Shown here in pieces: positions 1-7,658 of a stretch of DNA of 43,775 nt. A program made the position numbers and the translations under genes. The notes below the pieces were generated by a model. It had not been told where the DNA came from. It saw only the letters and a program-made list of their open reading frames with translations, and did not search any database. This stretch comes from Phycisphaerae bacterium (GTDB taxonomy: Bacteria > Planctomycetota > Phycisphaerae > WQYP01): assembly GCA_037139555.1 (NCBI GenBank), contig JBAXGE010000003.1, forward strand, positions 1 through 43,775, in the 5' to 3' direction. Positions within the stretch are counted from its first letter, which is position 1. Each line of letters begins with the position of its first letter.

Positions 1-1
1 T

Positions 2-232
2 GATGCCCTGTGGGTACGTCTGTACCCCCTGATCACGTTCCGTTCGGATACGTTTGTGCTTTGGGGTTACGTGGAAAGCTATGAAACCGGTAGTTGTAAT
101 ATCGGTGCCAAGCAGGGTGGTACCCGGCGCTTTATGGCGTTGTACGATGCTTCCTGGGCCAATCGTGCCCCCTCGGAGGGGGGCAACCCTCAGGATGTAC
201 GAATTCTTGCAGTTAAGGATATGCCACGATAA
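2..232 (+). CDS. C-terminal fragment (5'-truncated by the window) of a probable large pilus/type II secretion-associated protein (PilX/GspK-like or Verru_Chthon A-like C-terminus)
   Basis: Frame +2 is open from the window edge: DALWVRLYPLITFRSDTFVLWGYVE...RRFMALYDAS...VRILAVKDMPR*, with TAA at 230-232 followed by a hairpin. The L-x-x-L-I-T-x-R-S-D-x-F pattern is one I recall from C-termini of PVC pseudopilin-cluster proteins. Not in the ORF track. Confidence 0.6.
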   Translation, partial: DALWVRLYPLITFRSDTFVLWGYVESYETGSCNIGAKQGGTRRFMALYDASWANRAPSEGGNPQDVRILAVKDMPR

Positions 233-259
233 TTCATATTGATAGGTGTAATGCTTGTG

Positions 260-297
260 ACATGGGATGGTGATTTACGCCATCCCATGTTCATTTT
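260..297 (+). terminator. Intrinsic terminator-like hairpin
   Basis: acatgggatgg (260-270) / ccatcccatgt (280-290) form a perfect 11-bp stem followed by tcatttt, about 30 nt after the stop at 232. Confidence 0.7.
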
Positions 298-417
298 AGA
301 TCGGTTCGCAAAAGTTTTGCCCCATGCGATTCAGCAGTTGAGGCACCGACACTACCTTTTGAGCGGTAACATGCGGGATTACTTTAGAGAACTGCTCTAG
401 TGGGGCGTGTTTCCATG

Positions 418-449
418 AAAAATGACCAAGGCGGTCAGCCTTGGTCATT
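418..449 (-). terminator. Intrinsic terminator of the 487..945 gene
   Basis: aatgaccaaggc (421-432) / gccttggtcatt (438-449) form a perfect 12-bp stem. On the minus strand it runs into a T tract (plus-strand aaaaa at 418-422). Confidence 0.75.
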
Positions 450-486
450 GGTGAGAATCGGGATATTGCCTTAAACGTGTAAGCGA

Positions 487-945
487 TTACTTTAAGGTGA
501 TTTGCAGACCGGCGCGGGGATTACCCTTTTCGATGGCGCTGAGACTCAGGAAGCCTTCTTCCTGCAATTCCTTAAGTACCCGGGCGGCCTGAATCCGACG
601 ATCTTCGCCGAATTGAGCCAGGAATTCCGCCTGCTTGACGGTCCGCAGACCACCTGTCAGCTTGCTCTTGACATCATTCACCAAAGCACTCTTTTGTTCT
701 TTGGTCATACGGCCGCGTTTGTCTTCGGATTCGGTATGGGCCACTTTACGACCGGTGATCCCGGCGATGGCTTCATCAAGTAAATCCATTTGCTTGGCCA
801 AATCATCAATCCGGGCCTCGATTTCATTCTTGGCATCGCGGAGTTTACGTAATTGCGACTCTTTCTTCTGTTTGGCTTCGTCATCAATTTGTTGAATGGC
901 GGCCAGGGCTTCTTGGGCCAGTGCGTTACGGGCAAGATTACTCAA
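487..945 (-). CDS. Hypothetical protein: N-terminal coiled coil, basic linker and small C-terminal domain (possible nucleoid-associated DNA-binding protein)
   Basis: 152 aa with a TTG start and a GAGGA RBS just upstream. It has its own promoter and terminator, a heptad-like helix over roughly residues 10-62, a KRGRMTKEQK linker and a winged-helix-like ending (AARVLKELQEEGFLSL). Confidence 0.8.
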   Translation of the reverse strand: MSNLARNALAQEALAAIQQIDDEAKQKKESQLRKLRDAKNEIEARIDDLAKQMDLLDEAIAGITGRKVAHTESEDKRGRMTKEQKSALVNDVKSKLTGGLRTVKQAEFLAQFGEDRRIQAARVLKELQEEGFLSLSAIEKGNPRAGLQITLK

Positions 946-999
946 GTTAGTATCCTCTACAAAAAGGGGTTAAATGGGTTAATCACTAAACTTCATAGT

Positions 1000-1028
1000 A
1001 TTGTACAGACCTGATATGCGGGATGCAA
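1000..1028 (-). promoter_or_regulatory. Sigma70-type promoter TTGCAT-17-TACAAT for the 487..945 gene
   Basis: Minus-strand TTGCAT (1028-1023), 17-nt spacer and TACAAT (1005-1000), in an AT-rich intergenic region. Confidence 0.7.
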
Positions 1029-1145
1029 ATTGGAGGTAAGTAAATTAGATAAATTGCGGTCTTTTACGCCGGGCATAGCTGGAAAAATAATGACTTTTGC
1101 CGTAGCATGCTGCCCTCATTCTTGTGCTTTTGAGGAGTTAATGGA

Positions 1146-2555
1146 ATGAAACTTGAACTTGCCCCCGCGTTGACGGCATTAAAACCCGCCCTGAATCAGG
1201 TTTTCGATTTGGCTGCGGCCAAAATTTCGGCCCTGGACCGGGCTTGGGACAGTAAGCGCGGTACTCCGGTTTTTACCGTGGCCGGGCAGTACACCACCCG
1301 GGGTTGGACGGAATGGACCCAAGGGTTTCAGTATGGCATGGCGATCCTGCAATTTGACGGCGCTGGCGATCGGGCCATGCTGGAATTGGGGCGGCGGATG
1401 ACCACCCTGCGGATGGCACCGCATGTGTCGCATATTGGCGTACATGACCATGGATTTAATAACGTCTCGACCTACGGCAACCTGCGTCGGCTGATGCGGG
1501 AAGGGAAAATCGCCCACAATCAGAACGAACGCGATTTTTACGAAATGGCTCTGAAGGCCAGCGGCGCTGTGCAGGCCGCCCGCTGGACGTCCATCCCGGG
1601 CAATCCCGCCGAACGTCCGACGGATCGTGATACCGGTTACATCCATTCGTTCAACGGCCCACACTCGTTGTTCTCGGATACCATCCGCTCGGTGCGGGCG
1701 CTGATGGTGGCCTGGCAACTGGGGCATGCCCTGATGGGTGAAAATGACCGGGCCGTTGATCTGCTCAAACGCGGGCTGCAACATGGTTTGACCACCGCCC
1801 AATACAACGTGTATTACGGCAAGGGGCGCGATGCTTATGACACCCCGGCCGAAGCCGGCCGGGTGGTGCATGAATCCATCTTCAATGTGACCGACGGACG
1901 TTATCGCTGCCCGAGCACGCAGCAGGGGTATTCGCCCTTCAGCACGTGGACGCGCGGACTGGCGTGGATTTTGTGCGGCTATGCCGAAGAACTGGAATTT
2001 TTGGAAACATTGCGCGATGAAGTGTGGTTGGGCATCGGTATGGACAAAGCCGCGGTGCTGGCCAAATTCACTGCCGCCGCGCAAGCCACCGCCGAGTGGT
2101 ATATCAAGCATAGTTTTGATGATGGCATGGTGTATTGGGATGCCGGGGCGCCGGGGATTCCCACCAACAACAACTACCATGGGATTTCGGACCCGTACAA
2201 TAACCACGAGCCGATGGATTCGTCCGCTGCGGCGATTGCCGCGCAGGGTTTCTTCCGGTTGGCCAATGTGATTCGCAAGACGGATGGTGTGGCGGCGGAA
2301 CGCTATCGCGCCGCAGCCTTATTGATTGCCAAGACGCTGTTTGCCGCGCCGTATCTGGCGACCGATCCCACGCATCAGGGCCTGCTGCTGCACAGTGTGT
2401 ATCATCGTCCCAACAACTGGGACTATATCCCTGCGGGCAAGAATATCCCGTGTGGTGAATCCAGTATGTGGGGTGATTATCACGGGCTGGAATTGGCGCT
2501 GCTACTCAAACGGGCCGCCGAGAACCAGCCGTACTATGTCTTCTTTGACCGGTAA
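1146..2555 (+). CDS. Glycoside hydrolase, GH88-like (unsaturated glucuronyl hydrolase-type alpha/alpha toroid)
   Basis: Motifs EWTQGF, HDHGF, WTRGLAW, DSSAAAIAA and WGDY. GAGGAG RBS. No signal peptide. Confidence 0.8.
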   Translation: MKLELAPALTALKPALNQVFDLAAAKISALDRAWDSKRGTPVFTVAGQYTTRGWTEWTQGFQYGMAILQFDGAGDRAMLELGRRMTTLRMAPHVSHIGVHDHGFNNVSTYGNLRRLMREGKIAHNQNERDFYEMALKASGAVQAARWTSIPGNPAERPTDRDTGYIHSFNGPHSLFSDTIRSVRALMVAWQLGHALMGENDRAVDLLKRGLQHGLTTAQYNVYYGKGRDAYDTPAEAGRVVHESIFNVTDGRYRCPSTQQGYSPFSTWTRGLAWILCGYAEELEFLETLRDEVWLGIGMDKAAVLAKFTAAAQATAEWYIKHSFDDGMVYWDAGAPGIPTNNNYHGISDPYNNHEPMDSSAAAIAAQGFFRLANVIRKTDGVAAERYRAAALLIAKTLFAAPYLATDPTHQGLLLHSVYHRPNNWDYIPAGKNIPCGESSMWGDYHGLELALLLKRAAENQPYYVFFDR

Positions 2556-2599
2556 AGCGGGCGGGTTCCAACCGCATAGTTCAAATCTGGCGGGACGTG

Positions 2600-3382
2600 T
2601 TACAGCGTCCCGCCAATGGTTTCATGCACACTGCGCGGGGCGGAAATAATCAGCTTATTACCGATGGCTTTGATGGAACCTTTGCCACCGCCGGCCTGCC
2701 AAATTTCCGGACGCACGGTGGTTTGGATGGTATCCACAATATTCTGCATGACTTCCTTGGCGGTGGGGGCCGGGGTGCCAGCGGCTTGCTGCGGGGGTTG
2801 GAATAGTGTGCTACCGCCGGAGGACTTGGAACTGCCGCCGCTGCCACTGACGCCGCCATTCATACTTTCGGCCAGATTCAGACTGGGCACGGTGGTTTGA
2901 TCCATGGGGGTGGACATCAGCACCAGATCATCGAGGGGATACACCTTGGTAATAAGTTTGGTATCGGCCTGTGCCTGGGTGGTGATGTGGATGACGTTGT
3001 CTTCCACACCAATATCCATTGGTACGGTGGGGGCCGCCTGAGCCAGCGCTGTGGCCAGTGCTTTTTTGACAGTGACATCCGCCAGGGTTAATTGAATGGT
3101 CGTGGTGCGGGCCACGCCGGCGGCTTCCAGAACTTTCCAATCCACGGCCACATTGGCCCCGGTGAACGTGCGGATGTAGGTAATAAAATTATCCAACGTA
3201 GTTTCATCGGCGGAGAATTGGCGCAGGGTCAGGTTGATGGCCGTCTTGGCCGGAATGGTCACAGCGGGGGTGTTATCCACGCTGGCGGCGGGGGTTGTCG
3301 GTTGGGTGGTGGCTTGAGCATGCAGCCAAACGGGGGCTGCAATCATGGCTACGGCTACCAACACGATGGGGTTTTTACGCAT
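2600..3382 (-). CDS. Exported protein with STN-like and secretin N3-like domains but no secretin barrel
   Basis: Start moved to the ATG at 3382 (GGGAGA RBS, signal peptide MRKNPIVLVAVAMIAAPVWLHA). Motifs NVAVDWKVLEAAGV, ITKVYPLDDLV, a Gly/Ser loop, and IQTTVRPEIW...GSIKAIGNKLIISAP..VHETI. Confidence 0.7.
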   Translation of the reverse strand: MRKNPIVLVAVAMIAAPVWLHAQATTQPTTPAASVDNTPAVTIPAKTAINLTLRQFSADETTLDNFITYIRTFTGANVAVDWKVLEAAGVARTTTIQLTLADVTVKKALATALAQAAPTVPMDIGVEDNVIHITTQAQADTKLITKVYPLDDLVLMSTPMDQTTVPSLNLAESMNGGVSGSGGSSKSSGGSTLFQPPQQAAGTPAPTAKEVMQNIVDTIQTTVRPEIWQAGGGKGSIKAIGNKLIISAPRSVHETIGGTL

Positions 3383-3490
3383 GTGTGAAATCTCCCAAAA
3401 CGACCGCCCCGGCCAACATCTGCCGACGCATACCGTCAAGTCTAACCATATCAAGTTTAAAAGCCAGTAAAATCTCTTACTTTCACCCTC

Positions 3491-3519
3491 ATGACAAGCA
3501 GGCAGTAAAGGAGTAGAAT
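3491..3519 (+). promoter_or_regulatory. Sigma70-type promoter ATGACA-17-TAGAAT for nuoC
   Basis: ATGACA at 3491-3496 and TAGAAT at 3514-3519, about 35 nt before the nuoC start. Confidence 0.55.
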
Positions 3520-3554
3520 GCCCCTTTTCGGACCTTTGAGCAGGACTATTGTCT

Positions 3555-4103
3555 ATGGCCAGTCCCGTCGCCGTTGCAGAAGTGTTAACCCAGGCCTTTG
3601 GGCCGGGGGTGTTGCTGGAAGCGCATTTGGAGGGCAGTCACCCGCATGTGGTGGTGGCTGCGGCAGTATGGCCGCAGGTGGCGGAACTGCTGAAAAACGA
3701 TCCCCGCCTGGATTTTGCAATGTTACGGAGCATTACCGGTCTGGATTACCCCCAGCGTCAGCAAATCGTGGCGGCGTATGACCTGTTGAGTCTGACCCAG
3801 CATGCCGAATTCTGTGTCAAAGTTGCCGTGGAACGCACCCAGCCCGCGATTCCGTCGGTGGCGGCTATCTGGCCTGCAGCCGATTGGCATGAACGCGAAG
3901 CCTATGACTTGTTTGGGATCATTTTTACCGGTCACCCCGATGTGGTTACTGACGCCGGCGTCACCCATCCCCGGCGGATTCTGCTTCCCGATGATTGGCA
4001 GGGTTTCCCCCTGCGTAAAGACTACGAGTTCCCGCGTGAATATCAGGGCATCCCCGGCAGTGTCGAATTGGATTGGGTGCAGAAACCCAACTATCCCAAG
4101 TAA
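3555..4103 (+). CDS. nuoC: NADH-quinone oxidoreductase subunit C
   Basis: ITGLDYP, IPSVAAIWPAADWHEREAYDLFGIIFTGHP and RRILLPDDWQGFPLRKDY. The start is ATG 3555 or TTG 3549. Confidence 0.95.
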   Translation: MASPVAVAEVLTQAFGPGVLLEAHLEGSHPHVVVAAAVWPQVAELLKNDPRLDFAMLRSITGLDYPQRQQIVAAYDLLSLTQHAEFCVKVAVERTQPAIPSVAAIWPAADWHEREAYDLFGIIFTGHPDVVTDAGVTHPRRILLPDDWQGFPLRKDYEFPREYQGIPGSVELDWVQKPNYPK

Positions 4104-4147
4104 ACCCCGGATGAACTTTTTCAGCGCGCTTTTGTAAGGTTGGAACC

Positions 4148-5317
4148 ATGACGCAGACGCAAGTTAAAAACTATATCACCCTGCCCGACGTGGACATTGA
4201 TCAGGATGTTCAGACTGAAGAAATGCTGGTTAATATGGGCCCGCAGCACCCCTCCACGCACGGCGTGCTCCGGCTGGTGTTGCGTACCGATGGCGAGATG
4301 GTGCTGGAAGCGATTCCACATATCGGCTATCTGCATCGTTGCGCGGAAAAGATCGGCGAAAATGTCGCCTATTTTCAGTACACGCCCTACACCGACCGCA
4401 TGGATTACGTGGCAGGTATGAACAATAACGTGGGTTGGTGCGAGGCGGTCGAACGCTTGGCCAAGCTTGAAGTGCCGCGCCGGGCGCAATTTATCCGCGT
4501 GATTATGTGTGAGTTGAACCGCATCGCGTCGCACTTGGTGGCGTTTGGTACCTATGCGCTGGATTTGGGCGCCTTCACGCCATTTCTGTACGCCTTCCGG
4601 GAACGTGAGTTCTGTCTGGATTTATTTGAGGCCGCATGTGGCGCACGGTTGACGTATAGTTACGCCACCCCCGGCGGTTTGATGCATGATCTCACGCCGG
4701 ATTGGGTTACTAAATGCAGCGAGTTTCTGGATTACTTCGAACCCAAAATTGCCGAATATGATCAGTTGTTGACCTATAACCACATCTTCGTGAAGCGGAC
4801 GGCCAATGTGGGGGTGATTACCCCCAAGCTGGCCACCGATTACGGCCTGACCGGGCCAATTTTACGCTCCGCGGGTGTGAAGTGGGATTTGCGGCGTGAT
4901 CTGCCTTATTTGGTCTATCCCGAACTGGAGTTTGATATTCCCGTGGGCACGGGCCGGATGGGTCAGGTGGGCGATTGCTGGGATCGTTACAACGTGCGTT
5001 TGGATGAGATTCGCCAGTCGGTGCGGATTCTGCGTCAGGCCCTGAAGATGCTGCCGGAAGGACCGTACCGGATAGCGCTGCCGCGTATTTTCAAGGTGCC
5101 TGCCGGTGAAGTGTATGTGGAAACCGAAGGTGCCCGTGGCCAGTTGGGCTTCTATCTGGAAAGTCAGGGTGGCCCGGTGCCGTACCGCGTGAAAGCGCGC
5201 GGTCCGAGCTTCTGTAATATCAGCGTTATCCCCGCCTTGTGCAAAGACTGTCTGCTGGGCGATGTGCCCGCGATTGTCGGGTCTCTGGATATGGTGCTGG
5301 GCGAATGCGACCGGTAA
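4148..5317 (+). CDS. nuoD: NADH-quinone oxidoreductase subunit D
   Basis: NMGPQHPSTHGVLRL, IGYLHR, DRMDY, ELNRIASH and a C-terminal D-x-V-L-G-E-x-D-R. It lacks the Ni-binding CxxC motifs, so it is not a hydrogenase large subunit. Confidence 0.96.
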   Translation: MTQTQVKNYITLPDVDIDQDVQTEEMLVNMGPQHPSTHGVLRLVLRTDGEMVLEAIPHIGYLHRCAEKIGENVAYFQYTPYTDRMDYVAGMNNNVGWCEAVERLAKLEVPRRAQFIRVIMCELNRIASHLVAFGTYALDLGAFTPFLYAFREREFCLDLFEAACGARLTYSYATPGGLMHDLTPDWVTKCSEFLDYFEPKIAEYDQLLTYNHIFVKRTANVGVITPKLATDYGLTGPILRSAGVKWDLRRDLPYLVYPELEFDIPVGTGRMGQVGDCWDRYNVRLDEIRQSVRILRQALKMLPEGPYRIALPRIFKVPAGEVYVETEGARGQLGFYLESQGGPVPYRVKARGPSFCNISVIPALCKDCLLGDVPAIVGSLDMVLGECDR

Positions 5318-6528
5318 CCACTGTCAGTACCGCGCAGGAAACGCACGGGGCACTGTTGACCCCGGCGGGAGTGGGGGCCTTGGCGGTATTAGGGCTGTGG
5401 GGGCCGCGCGCGGTGGCGATTGCGGAGCAACTGGCCGGTGGGAAAAAAGCCAATATAAACAAACCTGTGCGGGTCGAGTGGCAGGTGGATGGGTCCACGG
5501 TGGATGATGGGCTGATGGTGCAGACCCATGCCCAACGGGTGGAATTGCATTTGCACGGTTCGTTGGCCATCGTGAATACCTTGCAGGAGGCGTGTGTACG
5601 GCAAGGGGTTATTTGGCAGAGCGAGAGTGCGGGATGGTGGGAAAGAACCCAGAAATCGCCTTTGGCAGATGATGTGGCCACGGCGCTGAGTCAGTCGCAT
5701 AGTACCGCGGCGTTACCTTTATTTACCGGACAATTACAGCATGGTGGCGTGGCCGCATGGGCGCGTGGGCAATTAGCGGCTTTGGCGGCGGGTCGACCGT
5801 TTTGGAAAATGCAGGGGGATGCCCAGTGGTTGCGTTTGCGCAGTGGGGAGTTGGCACGCTTGACCACCGAACCTGCCCGGCTGGTATTGCTGGGCGCGCC
5901 CAATGCGGGCAAGTCCACGCTGGCCAATATGCTGACCGGCCGACCGATGGCGATTACCAGTCCGCACGCGGGGACCACGCGCGACTGGTTGCAACATCCC
6001 GTCCTGCTCATGGCGAAAAATGAGGCGTGGCGGGTGGATGCGGAATTGGTGGACACCGCCGGAGTGCGGGTTACCACCGATGAACTGGAAACCTCGGCGA
6101 TTGCCCGTACGTATGAGCAACAAACCCACGCGGATTGCGTGCTAGTGGTGTTGGATGCCGGGGAGGCTTGTCCCGAAGCCTTCGCCGAGTTATTCACGCA
6201 GCAGGCCAATGAGCAATGGACCGCACGGCCCGCGCTGGTGTGTGTGGTGAATAAAATTGATGCCCATCCGCTACCGGCATGGACGGCGGCGTTCCCGGGG
6301 CCGGTGGTGGCGGTGAGTGCCACTCAGGGCACGGGTTTGCAGGCTTTGCACGATACGCTTTTAAGCGTTCTGGCCGTCTCGGAAACCCCGGAAAGTGTGG
6401 TCTGGTCGCTAGGGCCGCGCCAGCAAGCCCGGTTGGAGGGTATCATTATGGCAGCGACACTGGAAAACACGCGGCCAATCCTGATAGAATTGGCCGCTTG
6501 GGATCAACCATACGAGGTTACGCAATGA
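5305..6528 (+). CDS. MnmE/TrmE-like GTPase, shortened and divergent
   Basis: N-terminal LLTPAGVGALAVLGLWG and ELHLHGS (TrmE_N-like), G1 GAPNAGKS, G2 GTTRD, G3 DTAG and G4 NKID. No C-terminal CxGK. The likely ATG at 5305 overlaps the end of nuoD. Confidence 0.8.
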   Translation: MRPVTTVSTAQETHGALLTPAGVGALAVLGLWGPRAVAIAEQLAGGKKANINKPVRVEWQVDGSTVDDGLMVQTHAQRVELHLHGSLAIVNTLQEACVRQGVIWQSESAGWWERTQKSPLADDVATALSQSHSTAALPLFTGQLQHGGVAAWARGQLAALAAGRPFWKMQGDAQWLRLRSGELARLTTEPARLVLLGAPNAGKSTLANMLTGRPMAITSPHAGTTRDWLQHPVLLMAKNEAWRVDAELVDTAGVRVTTDELETSAIARTYEQQTHADCVLVVLDAGEACPEAFAELFTQQANEQWTARPALVCVVNKIDAHPLPAWTAAFPGPVVAVSATQGTGLQALHDTLLSVLAVSETPESVVWSLGPRQQARLEGIIMAATLENTRPILIELAAWDQPYEVTQ

Positions 6529-7610
6529 CCACCATCTCCCTGACGCCCCCGGAAGCCACGATCCCGCTGGCGGAGACCTTTTGGCAAATCACCGTACGGC
6601 GTTTACGTTATCTGATCTTGATCGTGCTGTGGTGGGGGGTGTTGACCGGGCCGTTGGCGCTGCTCTTGCAGGCCCCGCCGGGACATTCCGGGTTGCTGCT
6701 CTGGCAACCGGGCCGGCCGTGGTGGGCCTCGCTGGGGCTGATGTTGTATGGCCTCGTCACCGCGATGGTTTCGACGGCGTTACTGCGTGATGATCATCCT
6801 CATCGGGGGATGTTTTGTGCGCTCCTGGCGTTGGGGGTGGCCGCATGGTCCAAGGGAAATATGCAGGCGTCGTTGTTGCTATTGACCGAGCCGGGCAACA
6901 TCGTGCTCAAAGGGCCGATTGACGGCGTATGGCTGGATGCGATTGTCTGTTTGGTTTTACTGCTGGTGATGTTCTGGGTGTGTGCGCGGGTGTATGCGGG
7001 CATGGCCCAGCCGAATGCGTGGATTTTGCGGCTGCTGCCGTGGTTGCCGCGTTTGCGTGGTTTGACGGACGCACGGCCGGTGAGTACGTTGGAACTAGGG
7101 TGGGCGTTCCGGGCGGTGGGTACCCGCAGCGAACGCTGGCAGCCGGAGGTTTTGGATAACTTGCTGGTGCGGATGGCCCGGGGACGGGTGCGACAGGGGC
7201 CGAGGGATATTATGGGCTGGTTGGGCGCGTGGGCGATCAGTACGGGGTTGGGTCTGGTTCTGGCCTATGTGCTGTTGCGCTCCGGACATAAAGGCCAGGC
7301 GACCTTGGGCACATTCTTTGCGTTTCTGCTGGCCACGTATTTTGCCCAGCGTTTGCGGCCCGGCTGCCCGTTGGTGATTCTGGCCACGGTACCGGTGGTC
7401 TTGGGCGGGGTGGCATGGTATATGACCGGCACTTCGGTGAAGTATCCCGGTGTAGTAACGTGGCCATTGGCCAATGCGTTGCCGGTAGATTATCTGACCT
7501 TCGGCGTGGCCGGGGCGATTTGGGGTTATTACACGGCGGTGCATGGTTGGGGTGGGCATGTGTTGGAAAAGGGTACCGGCGAAGCAACCCCGACCGGGCA
7601 CGCCAACTAA
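6525..7610 (+). CDS. Uncharacterised polytopic membrane protein (about 8-9 hydrophobic segments)
   Basis: ATG at 6525 overlaps the upstream TGA (ATGA coupling) with a GAGG RBS. Multiple Leu/Trp/Gly-rich hydrophobic stretches. No family recognised. Confidence 0.75.
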   Translation: MTTISLTPPEATIPLAETFWQITVRRLRYLILIVLWWGVLTGPLALLLQAPPGHSGLLLWQPGRPWWASLGLMLYGLVTAMVSTALLRDDHPHRGMFCALLALGVAAWSKGNMQASLLLLTEPGNIVLKGPIDGVWLDAIVCLVLLLVMFWVCARVYAGMAQPNAWILRLLPWLPRLRGLTDARPVSTLELGWAFRAVGTRSERWQPEVLDNLLVRMARGRVRQGPRDIMGWLGAWAISTGLGLVLAYVLLRSGHKGQATLGTFFAFLLATYFAQRLRPGCPLVILATVPVVLGGVAWYMTGTSVKYPGVVTWPLANALPVDYLTFGVAGAIWGYYTAVHGWGGHVLEKGTGEATPTGHAN

Positions 7611-7658
7611 GCTTTTAGCATGCCCGACGTTTACCGCGTCCGGCTGGAGCATACGACG

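Noticed and set aside
54-242. 62-aa ORF from the track
   Set aside because: It overlaps, in another frame, the more protein-like frame +2 CDS (2..232) that enters from outside the window.
300-417. Possible small RNA between two terminators
   Set aside because: It has only small palindromes (gcaaaagttttgc, tagag..ctcta) and no convincing promoter or known motif.
940-1145. AT-rich patch as a sign of horizontal transfer or a mobile element end
   Set aside because: It is confined to a divergent promoter region, with no integrase, transposase, terminal repeats or tRNA nearby.
4148-5317. Possible group 4 [NiFe]-hydrogenase large subunit
   Set aside because: The N- and C-terminal CxxC Ni ligands are absent, and the motifs are those of NuoD.
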